From positions 9,781-73,780 of the forward strand of contig JAJEAY010000139.1 of the NCBI GenBank assembly GCA_022824145.1: a stretch of 64,000 nt of DNA, written 5' to 3'. A program made the translations under genes and the position numbers. Of this stretch, positions 19,122-30,022 are shown piece after piece. The notes under the pieces were generated by a model. It was given only the letters and a program-made list of their open reading frames with translations, was not told where the DNA came from and did not search any database. Positions within the stretch are counted from its first letter, which is position 1; each line of letters begins with the position of its first letter. The stretch is from Rhodobacter sp. GTDB lineage: Bacteria > Pseudomonadota > Alphaproteobacteria > Rhodobacterales > Rhodobacteraceae.

Positions 19122-20018
19122 ATGGATACACCCAATGAGATAATCGAGGCGTTCGGACGTGGAGATACCTCGCAAATGGCGGCTTACCGTGCGGCCAATG
19201 AAAATAGGCAGGACGCAGTCCCTGCATTCATTGAATACATCGAAGCGGCGGCGGAAGCCAATGATGTAGGAAGGGTCTCCGAATTCGAAGCTGTATTTTG
19301 GCTGCTGTGTATGTTGGCGGAGTGGCGGGAAACCCGGGCATACAGGCCCGTTGCGCGGCTGCTCCGCTGCGACCCCCAGTTTCTGGACGACCTCATGAAT
19401 AATGCCGTCTCTGAGAACTGTCACAGGTTCATGGCTAGCGTCTTCGATGACGATCTGGATGTCCTGTTTGACATCATCAGAGACGAAGAGGCTGACGAAT
19501 ATGTTAGGTCAGGAATGTTTGACACCCTGACCATCATTGGGATTAGGCAACCGGAGTATCGTGACGCAATCCAGGAGTTCGCATGGGAGTTCGCGACATC
19601 CCACTTTGCGGAGGCGCCAGACTATGTTTGGTGCGGTTGGACATTGTGCATAGCCTATCTTGGGTTCGAGGAGATGAAGCCTTTGGTGCGTTACATGTTC
19701 TCCGCCAACAGGATCCCGCCCGAAATAATGGGTTTCGAGCACTTCGAGGCGGATATGAGAAAGGGTCTGGACCCTGAAGGCCGTGAAAAAACACTTCAGG
19801 ACAAGCAGTACAGGCTATGGGACGATACGTTGGATTTCATTCCAACCGAGCATGAGGGTGATGAAAAACCACCGCCGCCAAGCACTCCCTATAAGGCAAG
19901 CAGCCTGAAACCTAACATCAAGAGGCCGCACGCAGCTCCCGTAAAGATCGGAAGAAACGATCCGTGTCCATGTGGAAGCGGCAAAAAACACAAGAATTGC
20001 TGCCTTCGAAATCATTGA
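19122..20018 (+). CDS. DUF1186-like protein with C-terminal SEC-C metal-binding motif
   Basis: The C-terminus [18 protein letters not shown] is a SEC-C motif. The ATG at 19122 follows GAAGGAAAG. Confidence 0.8.
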   Translation: MDTPNEIIEAFGRGDTSQMAAYRAANENRQDAVPAFIEYIEAAAEANDVGRVSEFEAVFWLLCMLAEWRETRAYRPVARLLRCDPQFLDDLMNNAVSENCHRFMASVFDDDLDVLFDIIRDEEADEYVRSGMFDTLTIIGIRQPEYRDAIQEFAWEFATSHFAEAPDYVWCGWTLCIAYLGFEEMKPLVRYMFSANRIPPEIMGFEHFEADMRKGLDPEGREKTLQDKQYRLWDDTLDFIPTEHEGDEKPPPPSTPYKASSLKPNIKRPHAAPVKIGRNDPCPCGSGKKHKNCCLRNH

Positions 20019-20126
20019 TGCATCCAGCCTTCGAACGGACTGTTCCGCCGTCCTGTCACCTCGGACGTCACTATTTCCCGGGAAACAGGCCGTCGGCGTC
20101 AGAACAGCTGACCTGCTTCCCGGACT

Positions 20127-20783
20127 TCAGCGTTCCTGCAGTCCCTTTCCCGCAAGGATCCTTGGCCTGAATTTCTCTATTCTTGCGGTGCGCGTTCCGG
20201 ACTGCTTCGCACTGGCGAAATGCAGGCAGTAGCCTCGCTGCCGACCGGGCGTCAATGCCAGGAACGCCGCCTTCAGCTCGGGATCCCTGCCCATCCGAAC
20301 CCGGAGTTCCTCGGGATAGTCCAGACTGTCGTTGGAGAAATCCACTTTCAGACCTGCCCGCTCAATTTCGATTGCCTCCAGAACGCAGGATTTAAGAGCC
20401 ATTTCCTTCTCAGCGACACTTTGGACATTGGCGAATCTGGCCACTCGCATCGACCGTGAGTGCTGGCCGGGAGCGACCAGCAGCCCGTCGCTGTCCTTAA
20501 GCAGCGCGCCTTTGAAAATCCCGAGAGCGGCGCAGTCCCTGCGACTCCAAAGGATAGCGACATTCGCGTCCTGCAATGTGTAGACCGGAGACGTCCATTT
20601 GAAACGCTCGGTCAATGGGCAGTCCCGCAGTATGGCTCGAAGGGCCAGCAGTTCCTGCCGCCAGGCCGTCAGCTCCGCGAAAAAGAGCTCTGCACGAGTG
20701 TCGTGCTCGCTCAACTTACCGACTCTCCGTCCCTGCCCCACTTCCGTATTCACCTGTCGCAGCCGAAAACGAGTGTAAGGCAT
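20127..20783 (-). CDS. YdeI/OmpD-associated family protein (DUF1801-like N-terminus)
   Basis: ..RFKWTSPVYT.. and the C-terminal ..LTPGRQRGYCLHFASAKQSGTRTARIEKFRPRILAGKG pattern are typical of the family. Confidence 0.7.
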   Translation of the reverse strand: MPYTRFRLRQVNTEVGQGRRVGKLSEHDTRAELFFAELTAWRQELLALRAILRDCPLTERFKWTSPVYTLQDANVAILWSRRDCAALGIFKGALLKDSDGLLVAPGQHSRSMRVARFANVQSVAEKEMALKSCVLEAIEIERAGLKVDFSNDSLDYPEELRVRMGRDPELKAAFLALTPGRQRGYCLHFASAKQSGTRTARIEKFRPRILAGKGLQER

Positions 20784-20976
20784 TCAGCTGGAACATACCA
20801 TTATCCCGAACGCCTGACCGGCCTGGCCACCGATCGTCCGCCCGCATGTGGCATCCGGCCATGCCGGCGGATCAACCGATCACAACTGCATCCGCATTCT
20901 GTCCTGCTTTACAGACGGCCGGGGATATCTCTGTCCGCTTCCACGCACCAATCGCCCGGCGACCCGCCTGGCGAGA

Positions 20977-22287
20977 TCAGCTTTCTTCCACGAGAATCGA
21001 TGGCTCGCGGCGCGCATCACAGGAATCAATTGGACAGATGCGGCAGCTGGTGCCTGCCGAAACAACCGGCAGGTCCGGAAACGGCACCCGGTCGGCTGGC
21101 AGCAGGAGCATCGTTGCCTCGAACATCTGCGGCACATCGAAACCTGCCACACCCTTTGACTGCGCTACGGCGTAGGCCAGAAACCGGACCGGCTCCCTGC
21201 CACGCATCTCAACAAGCGCACGAACCGGCGCCAGCGGACGGTTCAACGCCTGAAAGAGCGGCCAGAGCGGACACGCCGCCCCGAAACGCGGCAGCGGAAA
21301 GCCGTCGACGGGCTTGCGGAACGTCAGGGTTCCTGAGCCGTCACAGACCACCAGGCCAATGCGTCCGGCTCCCTCGGGCATGGGAAGCGCCGCCAACCGG
21401 CGCAGGACGGCTGCCAGATCCACGCCAAACTTCACTGACAGCTTAGCCGGGTCGAATTCAAGCTCGGTGGCCTCGGTCTGGAAATCCTGCAGCGGCATGC
21501 GTTGCGCATCTTCAAGGTAACGTTTGAAGTACTGACCTGCCACATTGCGGCCGGATGCCGAACCTATTCCCGGCTCATCACCGAACAGATCATCCGATGC
21601 GGCGGACGGCTCCCGCTCGAGTGCTGCGATGTGATAGTCCCGCGCCGCGAGCCAGTGCTCAAGCTCTTCCAAAGGTGAGACCGGCGCTTTGTCCTCGCTC
21701 TCCGCAACGTCAAGATAGGTGACAAGCGACTGACTTGCCTCGGCCAACCGCTGGCTGTCCTCATGTATGTTGCGGTGGAACCGGTTACGCCATTCATCCT
21801 CAATGTTCCTGGTCTCGACCAGGATTGAGGCGGCGGACCTGATGGCGGTTACCATACTCAGTACTTCGTGAAGCGAAACCGCTAGATCGGGGTCGTGCGC
21901 CAGTCGGTCGGCCAGGCTCTCGACAGTACGTTCAAGTTCCCTGGTTCGGCGGGACTGCGCCGCAACGAGATCTGCCCAGCCGGGGAAGCGCCCGGCGAAC
22001 TCTTCGGCGCGGTCCACCTCGGCTCTTGAAGCAGACATGCTGGCGGCCGCGTCACGCAGCGCGGCAACCAGTTCCGAACCGGCGCCGTCAGATAGCAGTC
22101 CGATCCCAACGTTGAGCTGCCTTGCAATATCACCGAGCAGCTTGCCTCCGATTCGGCGCCGATTGTGTTCGATGAGGCTGAGATACGCGGCGGAGATTCC
22201 GACACTTTTTGCCAGTTCCGCCTGGCTCATGTGCATCATCATCCGCCGTTCACGGATTCTGCTCCCCGTCAACTCCCGCATTGGCAT
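20977..22287 (-). CDS. Short-chain fatty acyl-CoA regulator family protein (XRE HTH + ImmA/IrrE-like + DUF2083; PrpR/RamB/ScfR type)
   Basis: N-terminal HTH MSQAELAKSVGISAAYLSLIEHNRRRIG. Length about 435 aa. C-terminal Cys cluster (ACPLWPLF .. GTSCRICPIDSCDARRE). Start is ambiguous between TTG 22293, ATG 22287 and ATG 22281. Confidence 0.8.
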   Translation of the reverse strand: MPMRELTGSRIRERRMMMHMSQAELAKSVGISAAYLSLIEHNRRRIGGKLLGDIARQLNVGIGLLSDGAGSELVAALRDAAASMSASRAEVDRAEEFAGRFPGWADLVAAQSRRTRELERTVESLADRLAHDPDLAVSLHEVLSMVTAIRSAASILVETRNIEDEWRNRFHRNIHEDSQRLAEASQSLVTYLDVAESEDKAPVSPLEELEHWLAARDYHIAALEREPSAASDDLFGDEPGIGSASGRNVAGQYFKRYLEDAQRMPLQDFQTEATELEFDPAKLSVKFGVDLAAVLRRLAALPMPEGAGRIGLVVCDGSGTLTFRKPVDGFPLPRFGAACPLWPLFQALNRPLAPVRALVEMRGREPVRFLAYAVAQSKGVAGFDVPQMFEATMLLLPADRVPFPDLPVVSAGTSCRICPIDSCDARREPSILVEES

Positions 22288-22365
22288 CGGCAAATTTCAT
22301 TGGTATTCAATGCAATCTCCGTAGCTGCGAAAATTTCTTTACAACAGGAAACGCGAATCTGTCAA

Positions 22366-22377
22366 TCTGTTAACAGA
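22366..22377. promoter_or_regulatory. Perfect 12-bp palindrome TCTGTTAACAGA in the divergent regulator/ABC promoter region
   Basis: Read directly at 22366-22377. It is the only perfect palindrome of this size in the 213-bp intergenic region. Candidate operator. Confidence 0.3.
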
Positions 22378-22506
22378 ATTTTTCCTTGATCTGAACGAGT
22401 TGTTGCAGTGTTTTCATTCGGCCTTGATTACTGGGACCATCTTGAAAACCCTTGGCGATGACCGCAACGGTTCCGCCAGCTGACTTGACCACAAGGGAGG
22501 AACCCC

Positions 22507-23865
22507 ATGTCCAAATCCAAACTCACCCGCCGCGGCATGCTGAAGACCACTGCCGGGGCCGGCGCGGCGCTCGCCGTCCCGACGATCTTCACCGGCGCAT
22601 CATGGGCCAGTGAATCCGGCTATCTCAACGCACCGGGTGACAGCACGGTCACGCTGGGATTCAACGTCCCGCAGACTGGCCCATATGCCGACGAGGGCGC
22701 CGACGAACTTCGCGCCTATGAACTGGCAGTCGAACACCTCAACGGCGAGGGCGACGGCGGAATGATCAACACCTTTTCGTCGAAGACGCTGGACGGCACG
22801 GGCATCCTGGGCCGTAAGGTCGAGTATGTGACCGGCGACACCCAGACCAAATCGGACGCCGCGAGAGCATCCGCCAAGTCAATGATCGAGAAAGATGGCG
22901 CCATCATGATCACCGGCGGCTCGTCTTCAGGCGTCGCGGTGGCCGTTCAGGGGCTTTGCCAGGAGGCCGGCGTCATCTTCATGGCGGGCCTTACCCACTC
23001 CAACGACACGACCGGCAAGGACCGGAAGGCAAACGGCTTCCGTCACTTCTTCAACGCCTACATGTCGGGCGCCGCGCTGGCGCCGGTGCTGGCAAATGCC
23101 TACGGCACCGATCGGAAGGCATACCACCTGACCGCAGATTACAACTGGGGCTGGACGCAGGAAGAATCACTCCAGGCTTCGACCGAAGCTCTGGGTTGGG
23201 AAACCATCAACGCCGTGCGTACGCCGCTTGCGTCAACCGACTTCTCGTCCTACATCGCTCCGGTCCTGAACTCAGGCGCCGATGTTCTGATCCTGAACCA
23301 CTACGGCGGCAACATGGTCAATTCGCTGACCAACGCGGTTCAGTTCGGGCTGCGTGACAAAGAGGTCAACGGAAAGAACTTCGAAATTGTGGTGCCGCTC
23401 TATTCCCGCCTGATGGCGAGAGGCGCCGGCGAGAACGTCAAGGGTATCCTAGGCTCCACCAACTGGCATTGGTCGCTGCCGGACGACGGCACTAAGGCTT
23501 TTGTGCAGTCGTTTGGCACGAAATACGGGTTCCCGCCCAGCCAGGCCGCGCATACGTGCTACAGCCAGGCGCTGCTCTACGCGGACGCGGTCAACCGTGC
23601 CGGCACGTTCAACCCATGCGGTGTCGTTGATGCCCTTGAAGGGTTCGAGTTTGACGGACTGGGCAACGGACCGACGCTTTACCGTGCTGACGACCATCAG
23701 TGCTTCAAAGACGTTCTGGTCGTACGCGGAAAAGAGAATCCGACCTCCGAATTCGACATTCTCGAAGTTGTCGAAGTCACTCCTGTCGAGCAGGTCATCT
23801 ATCCGCAGGATCACCCGATGTTCGGTGGCGGCGTCGATATCGGATCGTGCAATCCGGGCGCTTGA
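22507..23865 (+). CDS. ABC transporter substrate-binding protein, Leu/Ile/Val-binding (HAAT, Peripla_BP_6) family, Tat-type signal
   Basis: TRRGMLKTTAGAGAALAV twin-arginine signal. Length about 450 aa. It is followed by LivHMGF-type genes. Confidence 0.9.
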   Translation: MSKSKLTRRGMLKTTAGAGAALAVPTIFTGASWASESGYLNAPGDSTVTLGFNVPQTGPYADEGADELRAYELAVEHLNGEGDGGMINTFSSKTLDGTGILGRKVEYVTGDTQTKSDAARASAKSMIEKDGAIMITGGSSSGVAVAVQGLCQEAGVIFMAGLTHSNDTTGKDRKANGFRHFFNAYMSGAALAPVLANAYGTDRKAYHLTADYNWGWTQEESLQASTEALGWETINAVRTPLASTDFSSYIAPVLNSGADVLILNHYGGNMVNSLTNAVQFGLRDKEVNGKNFEIVVPLYSRLMARGAGENVKGILGSTNWHWSLPDDGTKAFVQSFGTKYGFPPSQAAHTCYSQALLYADAVNRAGTFNPCGVVDALEGFEFDGLGNGPTLYRADDHQCFKDVLVVRGKENPTSEFDILEVVEVTPVEQVIYPQDHPMFGGGVDIGSCNPGA

Positions 23866-23975
23866 CCGGCGCATAAGAAGCTATCGCAGGGCGGAATGCT
23901 CCGCCCTGCGGAATCCGGTTCCGGCTCGAGCCGCATGAAGGCGGCCCAGTGCAGACAAGCAAGAGGGTGAGGACC

Positions 23976-25007
23976 ATGGACGCAATTATCCTGCAGGTGC
24001 TGAACGGACTTGACAAAGGCTCTGCCTATGCATTGATCGCGCTTGGACTCACGCTGATCTTCGGCACGCTGGGCGTTGTTAACTTCGCCCACGGTGCATT
24101 GTTCATGATCGGTGCCTTCTGCGCCGTGACGCTGCAGCGGATATTTACGCTCAGCTTTTCGGTTCTGGATGAGACCAAGAAAGACTTCCTCGGCAACCCG
24201 CTGAAGGTCGAAACACCATATGTTGTCGGCTGGTTCGGTGAAGGCACCGGAAACGCGATCATCGACTGGTCGGTGCCGCTGGCGATTCTGTTCTCAATTC
24301 CGATCATGATCGCGGTGGGTTTTGCGATGGAACGCGGTCTCATCAAGCATTTCTACAAGCGCCCGCATGCCGACCAGATCCTGGTGACTTTCGGTCTCGC
24401 GATCGTACTGCAGGAAATCATTAAGGCAAATTTCGGCGCAAACCCGATTCCCACTCCGGCTCCGGACGCACTGACGGGGTCGTATGACTTCGGCATTCTG
24501 TTCGGTTTCCCGGAAAACGCCATTATCTACCCCATCTGGCGCCTTGTCTATTTCGTCTTCGCGCTGACTGTCATCTCAATGGTTTTCGCCTTTCTCCAGT
24601 TCACGACCTTCGGAATGGTGGTTCGGGCGGGAATGGCCGACAGGGAGACCGTTGGCCTGCTGGGCATCAACATCGACCGTCGCTTCACCATTATGTTCGC
24701 GGTCGCCGCCTGCGTCGCCGGCGTCGCGGGAGTAATGTACACTCCGATCAACTCTCCCAACTACCACATGGGCATGGATTTCCTGGTCCTAAGCTTTGTG
24801 GTCGTCGTAGTCGGCGGCATGGGCTCCCTGCCCGGCGCGGTGCTGGCCGGGTTCCTTTTGGGCATTCTGGAAGCCTTCGCCTCCATGAACCAGGTCAAAG
24901 CGATCATACCAGGTATCGACCAGATCATCATATATCTCGTGGCGATCGCCATTCTGCTCGCACGGCCGCGCGGCCTGATGGGCCGCAGAGGCGTGATGGA
25001 GGAATAA
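23976..25007 (+). CDS. Branched-chain-amino-acid-type ABC permease (LivH-like)
   Basis: MDAIILQVLNGLDKGSAYALIALGLTLIFG is the canonical LivH N-terminus. ATG at 23976 after AGAGGGTGAGG. Confidence 0.9.
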   Translation: MDAIILQVLNGLDKGSAYALIALGLTLIFGTLGVVNFAHGALFMIGAFCAVTLQRIFTLSFSVLDETKKDFLGNPLKVETPYVVGWFGEGTGNAIIDWSVPLAILFSIPIMIAVGFAMERGLIKHFYKRPHADQILVTFGLAIVLQEIIKANFGANPIPTPAPDALTGSYDFGILFGFPENAIIYPIWRLVYFVFALTVISMVFAFLQFTTFGMVVRAGMADRETVGLLGINIDRRFTIMFAVAACVAGVAGVMYTPINSPNYHMGMDFLVLSFVVVVVGGMGSLPGAVLAGFLLGILEAFASMNQVKAIIPGIDQIIIYLVAIAILLARPRGLMGRRGVMEE

Positions 25008-25010
25008 GCC

Positions 25011-26240
25011 ATGATAGGCCTAAACAGAAAAGACGCCATCCTCTTCGCAGTCGTCGCGGTCCTCGTCATTGTCGCGCCCTTCCTTCTGAACCCATTCCCT
25101 GAAGGAACGGCGATGGCTCAGATGTTCAACGCCGGCTATCCCGATCTCATGCAGCGTTTCGTGATTTTCGGCATCCTGGTGGTCGGCTTCAACATTCTCT
25201 TCGGGTTGACCGGATACCTTTCGTTCGGCCACGCCGCTTTCCTCGGAATTGGAAGCTACTCAGCCGTCTGGATGTTCAAGCTGCTCAGCTACAACGTCAT
25301 TCCGGCGATCATAGCGGCAGTCATCGTGTCGGGACTCTTCAGCCTGCTTATCGGCTATGTTGCGTTAAGAAGGACCGGAATCTATTTCTCGATCCTAACC
25401 CTCGCACTGGCGCAGATGTGCTTCAACCTCGCTTATTCGGTTCTGGGAAACCCCCAGTCAGGATACAACCTGACCAACGGAGAGACGGGACTGCAGGTAT
25501 ACACGTCAGACCCGCAATACCTCATGGGTGAAGGCGCCGTCGAAATTCCGCATCTATTCGGGCTGGTGATGCGTGAAAGCATCAACCTGGAGGTTGGCAG
25601 CTGGCTGTTCACCCTAAACGCGGGCTACTACCTCTGCGGCATCATAATGCTGGCTGCGTTCTATCTCTCCATCAGGATTTTCCGGTCGCCGTTCGGCTTG
25701 ATGCTGCGGGCGGTCAAGTCAAACCAGCAGCGCCTGAGCTACACCGGACTCAACACCAAGCCCTATACGCTTTCCGCATTTGTAATCTCAGGCATGTATG
25801 CCGGACTTGCGGGTGGTCTCCTTAGCTCTATGGATCCACTGGCCGGTGCCGAAAGGATGCACTGGACGGCGTCAGGAGAGATCGTCATCATGGCGATACT
25901 TGGCGGTGTGGGCACACTGATCGGTCCGATCCTGGGATCGGGATTCATCGAGTATTTCAAGAACATTCTCTCGAAAATCAACGACAACCTCCTTCACCAG
26001 TGGCTGTCGATTCTGCCTGACGGTCTTGAGGACGCCATTGTCTGGGTTCTGCACTTCTTCGTCGGAAAGGGCTGGCACCTGAGCCTTGGCCTCCTTTTCA
26101 TGGTCGTCGTGATATTCCTGCCCGGTGGTCTCGTCGAGGCTGGACAGCGCATAGGCCGTCTTTTTGGCCGTTTCCACAAACCGGCGGACAGAACCGACAG
26201 TGAAGATCGAAAGCAACCCTCGCGCAGCGCGGCCGAATAA
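25011..26240 (+). CDS. Branched-chain-amino-acid-type ABC permease (LivM-like)
   Basis: Multi-TM protein with [16 protein letters not shown], typical of LivM. It starts 3 nt after the LivH-like stop. Confidence 0.9.
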   Translation: MIGLNRKDAILFAVVAVLVIVAPFLLNPFPEGTAMAQMFNAGYPDLMQRFVIFGILVVGFNILFGLTGYLSFGHAAFLGIGSYSAVWMFKLLSYNVIPAIIAAVIVSGLFSLLIGYVALRRTGIYFSILTLALAQMCFNLAYSVLGNPQSGYNLTNGETGLQVYTSDPQYLMGEGAVEIPHLFGLVMRESINLEVGSWLFTLNAGYYLCGIIMLAAFYLSIRIFRSPFGLMLRAVKSNQQRLSYTGLNTKPYTLSAFVISGMYAGLAGGLLSSMDPLAGAERMHWTASGEIVIMAILGGVGTLIGPILGSGFIEYFKNILSKINDNLLHQWLSILPDGLEDAIVWVLHFFVGKGWHLSLGLLFMVVVIFLPGGLVEAGQRIGRLFGRFHKPADRTDSEDRKQPSRSAAE

Positions 26241-26254
26241 GGAAGGACCGAAGG

Positions 26255-27010
26255 ATGGGAATCCTTGAAGTCAAGGGTGTCAACAAGCGTTTCGGCGGGC
26301 TGCAGGCCCTGGATGACGTCAATCTCACCGTCGCCGAAAACAGTTTGCATGCGATAATCGGTCCGAACGGAGCCGGCAAGTCAACGCTGCTCAACTGTCT
26401 GGTCGGCAAACTCATTCCCGACACCGGAAGCGTCATGTTCGACGGACAGTCGGTTCTCGGCCGGAAACCGCATGAGATCAACCAGATGGGCATCAGCCGG
26501 GTCTTCCAGACACCGGAGATCTTCGCCGATCTCACGGTAAAGGAAAACGTGATGATCCCCTGTTTCGCCAAGCGTGACGGCGCCTTCCGCATGCACGCCA
26601 TCGAAAAGGTCGACACGGAAGCCGATATCAATGAAATGGCTGAAACGATACTCGTCGACGTCAACATGCAGGACCGCATCAACGATCATGCAGGCAGCCT
26701 TTCTCGAGGCGACAAGCGACGGCTTGAGATCGCAATGTGCCTGGTGCAGCAGCCACGGCTCCTCCTGCTTGACGAACCCACTGCGGGAATGGCGAGAGCC
26801 GACACCAACAGAACAATCGATCTGCTGAAGGAAATCCACGCCCAGCGGGACATCACGGTAGCGATCATTGAGCACGACATGCATGTCGTGTTCAGTCTCG
26901 CCGAGAGAATCACCGTGCTCGCACAGGGTGCGCCGCTTGTCGAAGACACACCTGACAACATCAAAGGCCATCCGAAGGTCCGCGAAGCCTACCTTGGGGA
27001 GGCACACTGA
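26255..27010 (+). CDS. ABC transporter ATP-binding protein (LivG-like)
   Basis: Walker A GPNGAGKST, signature LSRGDKRRLE, Walker B LLLLDEP. Confidence 0.92.
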   Translation: MGILEVKGVNKRFGGLQALDDVNLTVAENSLHAIIGPNGAGKSTLLNCLVGKLIPDTGSVMFDGQSVLGRKPHEINQMGISRVFQTPEIFADLTVKENVMIPCFAKRDGAFRMHAIEKVDTEADINEMAETILVDVNMQDRINDHAGSLSRGDKRRLEIAMCLVQQPRLLLLDEPTAGMARADTNRTIDLLKEIHAQRDITVAIIEHDMHVVFSLAERITVLAQGAPLVEDTPDNIKGHPKVREAYLGEAH

Positions 27011-27795
27011 TGACCCTGATCGAGGACACCAAATCCAAGGTCTACGAGAAGCCAGACTTCTCAAAGCATGCGAACGTGGCGGAAACCTCTCCGGCATTCC
27101 TGTCCGTGTGGGACATCCATGCCTATTACGGGGAAAGCTACATCGTCCAAGGCGTCAGCTTCAACGTCCACGAAGGCGAGATCCTGGCTCTCCTCGGCCG
27201 GAACGGCGCCGGAAAGACCTCGACGCTCCGCTCCATCGCGCGGCTTGACAGTCCGCAGGTCACCCAAGGCGAAATCTGGCTTGATCACAAACACCTGCAC
27301 TCGATGAACAGCCATCAGGCTGCGATCAATGGCATCCAGCTGGTTCCGGAGGACCGGCGCATCATCGCGGGGCTGACCGTTGAGGAAAACATCCAACTTG
27401 CCCGCATTACCGAACCCACCGGCTGGTCTGCCGAACGAATCTTCGAACTTTTTCCCCGCCTTGGAGAACGCCGAAAGCAGGAAGGCGTGACGCTCTCCGG
27501 CGGCGAGCAGCAGATGCTTGCCATCGGCCGCGCCCTCGCCCGGGACATCAAGGTGCTACTGCTGGATGAACCCTACGAGGGGCTCGCGCCGGTTATCGTT
27601 GACGAGATCGAAAAGACCCTGAACATCATCAAGGAGCAGGGCATCACCACCGTGATCGTCGAGCAGAACGCGATTCGGGCCCTGATGCTGGCGGACCGCG
27701 CCGTGATCCTCGACACAGGACAGGTTGTCTTTGACGGCACCGCGCAGCAGGTTCTGGATGATGAGGCGCTCCGGGCGGAATACCTGGCTATCTGA
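27010..27795 (+). CDS. ABC transporter ATP-binding protein (LivF-like)
   Basis: [18 protein letters not shown] and LLLDEP. Its start overlaps the LivG-like stop. Confidence 0.92.
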   Translation: MTLIEDTKSKVYEKPDFSKHANVAETSPAFLSVWDIHAYYGESYIVQGVSFNVHEGEILALLGRNGAGKTSTLRSIARLDSPQVTQGEIWLDHKHLHSMNSHQAAINGIQLVPEDRRIIAGLTVEENIQLARITEPTGWSAERIFELFPRLGERRKQEGVTLSGGEQQMLAIGRALARDIKVLLLDEPYEGLAPVIVDEIEKTLNIIKEQGITTVIVEQNAIRALMLADRAVILDTGQVVFDGTAQQVLDDEALRAEYLAI

Positions 27796-27854
27796 GCGCC
27801 GCCCGACTAGGTGCAGCTGGACAGGGCCACCCTCGTACAGAAGGAATGGTTGAA

Positions 27855-29810
27855 ATGAACGAACAAGCCGAAGACATACGTCACCCCTCTGAAGCGTTCG
27901 TTGGAAACGCCCATATCGACGCAAATGGATATCGGGACATGTACGAGGCCTCGATTGCTGATCCGGAGGCCTTTTGGGATGAGCATGGGAAACGGCTCGA
28001 CTGGATCAAGCCTTATTCCTGCGTGAAGAACACCACATTTGAGCACCCAGACGTCTCGATAAAATGGTTTGAAGACGGCGAGCTGAATGTATCGGCAAAC
28101 TGTGTTGACCGCCATCTGACCAGCCGCGGTGACCAGACCGCGATCATCTGGGAACCCGACGACCCGAACGCCGAAGCGCTTCATGTAACCTACCGGGAAC
28201 TGCATGTCCGCGTCTGCAGAATGGCGAACGTTCTTAAAGGGATGGGAATCTCAAAGGGCGATCGGGTCGTTCTCTACCTACCGATGATTCCGGAGGCCGC
28301 ATACGCCATGCTGGCCTGCGCCCGCATCGGGGCGGTTCACTCAGTCGTTTTTGGCGGATTTTCGCCGGACGCGCTGGCCGCCCGGGTAAACGGCTCTTCC
28401 GCGAAGGTGGTCATTACGGCGGATGAAGCTCCGCGCGGCGGTCGCAACACACCGTTGAAAACCAATGCCGACAAGGCGCTCGAAAGCGTTTCCCACGACT
28501 GCCAGCTTCTTGTTGTCAGACGCACAGGCGGCGATATCGGCATGCGGAACGGCCGGGACCACTGGCTGCACGAACTGGAAGCCGCAGTCGGCGACGACTG
28601 CGATCCTACAGCGATGAACGCAGAGGATCCGCTGTTTATCCTCTATACATCAGGCTCGACCGGAGCGCCCAAAGGCGTAGTCCACAGTTCAGGCGGCTAT
28701 CTTCTGTATGCCTCAATGACCCATCAGTACGTGTTCGACTACAAAGACGGAGATGTATTCTGGTGTACGGCCGACGTCGGCTGGGTCACAGGACACAGCT
28801 ACATCGTTTATGGCCCGCTCGCCAACGGAGCCACGACGCTCATGTTTGAAGGCGTGCCAACCTTTCCTGATGCCGGGCGCTTCTGGGCAGTCTGCGAAAA
28901 ACACAGGGTCAACCAGTTCTATACCGCTCCCACCGCAATTCGGGCGCTGATGGGCAAGGGAACCGAGTTTGTTGAACCTTACGATCTCTCGTCGCTGAGA
29001 GTCCTCGGCACGGTCGGGGAGCCAATCAATCCGGAAGCCTGGAACTGGTACAGCGACAACATCGGCAAGGGAACCTGTCCGGTGGTAGACACTTGGTGGC
29101 AAACCGAAACCGGCGGTCATCTGCTGACGCCGCTCCCCGGCGCGACTGCCACGAAGCCCGGCTCCGCCACACTGCCTTTCTTCGGAGTCCAGCCGGTGGT
29201 CCTTGATCCGCATTCCGGCGAGGAAATCACAGCGACCGAAGCCGAAGGCGTTCTATGCCTGAAGGACAGCTGGCCAGGCCAGATGCGTACCGTGTTCGGA
29301 GATCACGACCGCTTCGTGAAAACTTACTTCTCCGACTACAAGGGATATTACTTCTCAGGTGACGGCTGCCGACGGGATGCAGACGGATATTACTGGATCA
29401 CTGGCCGGGTCGATGACGTGATCAATGTCTCGGGCCACAGAATGGGCACGGCAGAGGTTGAGAGCGCGTTGGTGGCGCATCCAAAAGTCTCCGAAGCCGC
29501 AGTGGTCGGCTATCCTCACGAGATCAAAGGCCAGGGAATTTACTGCTACGTGACCCTCATGGCCGGCGAGGAATATCTGGACGACCTGAAGGCGGAGCTC
29601 CGCAGCTGGGTCCGCAAGGAAATCGGTCCGATCGCATCGCCCGACGTCATCCAGTGGGCGCCGGGCCTTCCCAAGACCCGTTCAGGAAAGATCATGCGCC
29701 GAATTCTGCGCAAAATCGCGGAGAACGATTACGGAAGTCTTGGCGATACCTCAACGCTCGCGGAGCCGCAGGTGGTCGAGGAACTGATCGCGAACCGCGC
29801 TGGAGCATGA
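27855..29810 (+). CDS. acs: Acetyl-CoA synthetase
   Basis: [20 protein letters not shown] and [12 protein letters not shown], with full-length Acs architecture. ATG 27855 has AAGGA 9 nt upstream. ATG 27846 is the alternative start. Confidence 0.95.
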   Translation: MNEQAEDIRHPSEAFVGNAHIDANGYRDMYEASIADPEAFWDEHGKRLDWIKPYSCVKNTTFEHPDVSIKWFEDGELNVSANCVDRHLTSRGDQTAIIWEPDDPNAEALHVTYRELHVRVCRMANVLKGMGISKGDRVVLYLPMIPEAAYAMLACARIGAVHSVVFGGFSPDALAARVNGSSAKVVITADEAPRGGRNTPLKTNADKALESVSHDCQLLVVRRTGGDIGMRNGRDHWLHELEAAVGDDCDPTAMNAEDPLFILYTSGSTGAPKGVVHSSGGYLLYASMTHQYVFDYKDGDVFWCTADVGWVTGHSYIVYGPLANGATTLMFEGVPTFPDAGRFWAVCEKHRVNQFYTAPTAIRALMGKGTEFVEPYDLSSLRVLGTVGEPINPEAWNWYSDNIGKGTCPVVDTWWQTETGGHLLTPLPGATATKPGSATLPFFGVQPVVLDPHSGEEITATEAEGVLCLKDSWPGQMRTVFGDHDRFVKTYFSDYKGYYFSGDGCRRDADGYYWITGRVDDVINVSGHRMGTAEVESALVAHPKVSEAAVVGYPHEIKGQGIYCYVTLMAGEEYLDDLKAELRSWVRKEIGPIASPDVIQWAPGLPKTRSGKIMRRILRKIAENDYGSLGDTSTLAEPQVVEELIANRAGA

Positions 29811-29973
29811 TCCCACTCCGGGTGAGGTCCTGACGCAGGCACCGAAGGCGACATGTCGTTGGTCGTTCCGCGATCTGTCAGACTGGCACGGTTCCATTCC
29901 GGGATTTGGCAACGAACGGCACGGACTCCGAAATCTCTTCGGCCCCGTGAATTCAGCATATCCCGTTGCCTGA

Positions 29974-29999
29974 GAGGCCCCGGCGCATGACGGGGCCTC
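29974..29999. terminator. Bidirectional hairpin between convergent acs and the pyrimidine-locus SBP gene
   Basis: GAGGCCCCG (29974-29982), an 8-nt loop, CGGGGCCTC (29991-29999): a perfect 9-bp GC stem. The flanking U tracts are weak. Confidence 0.5.
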
Positions 30000-30022
30000 C
30001 CCGGTCTTTGCATGCAGTGACG

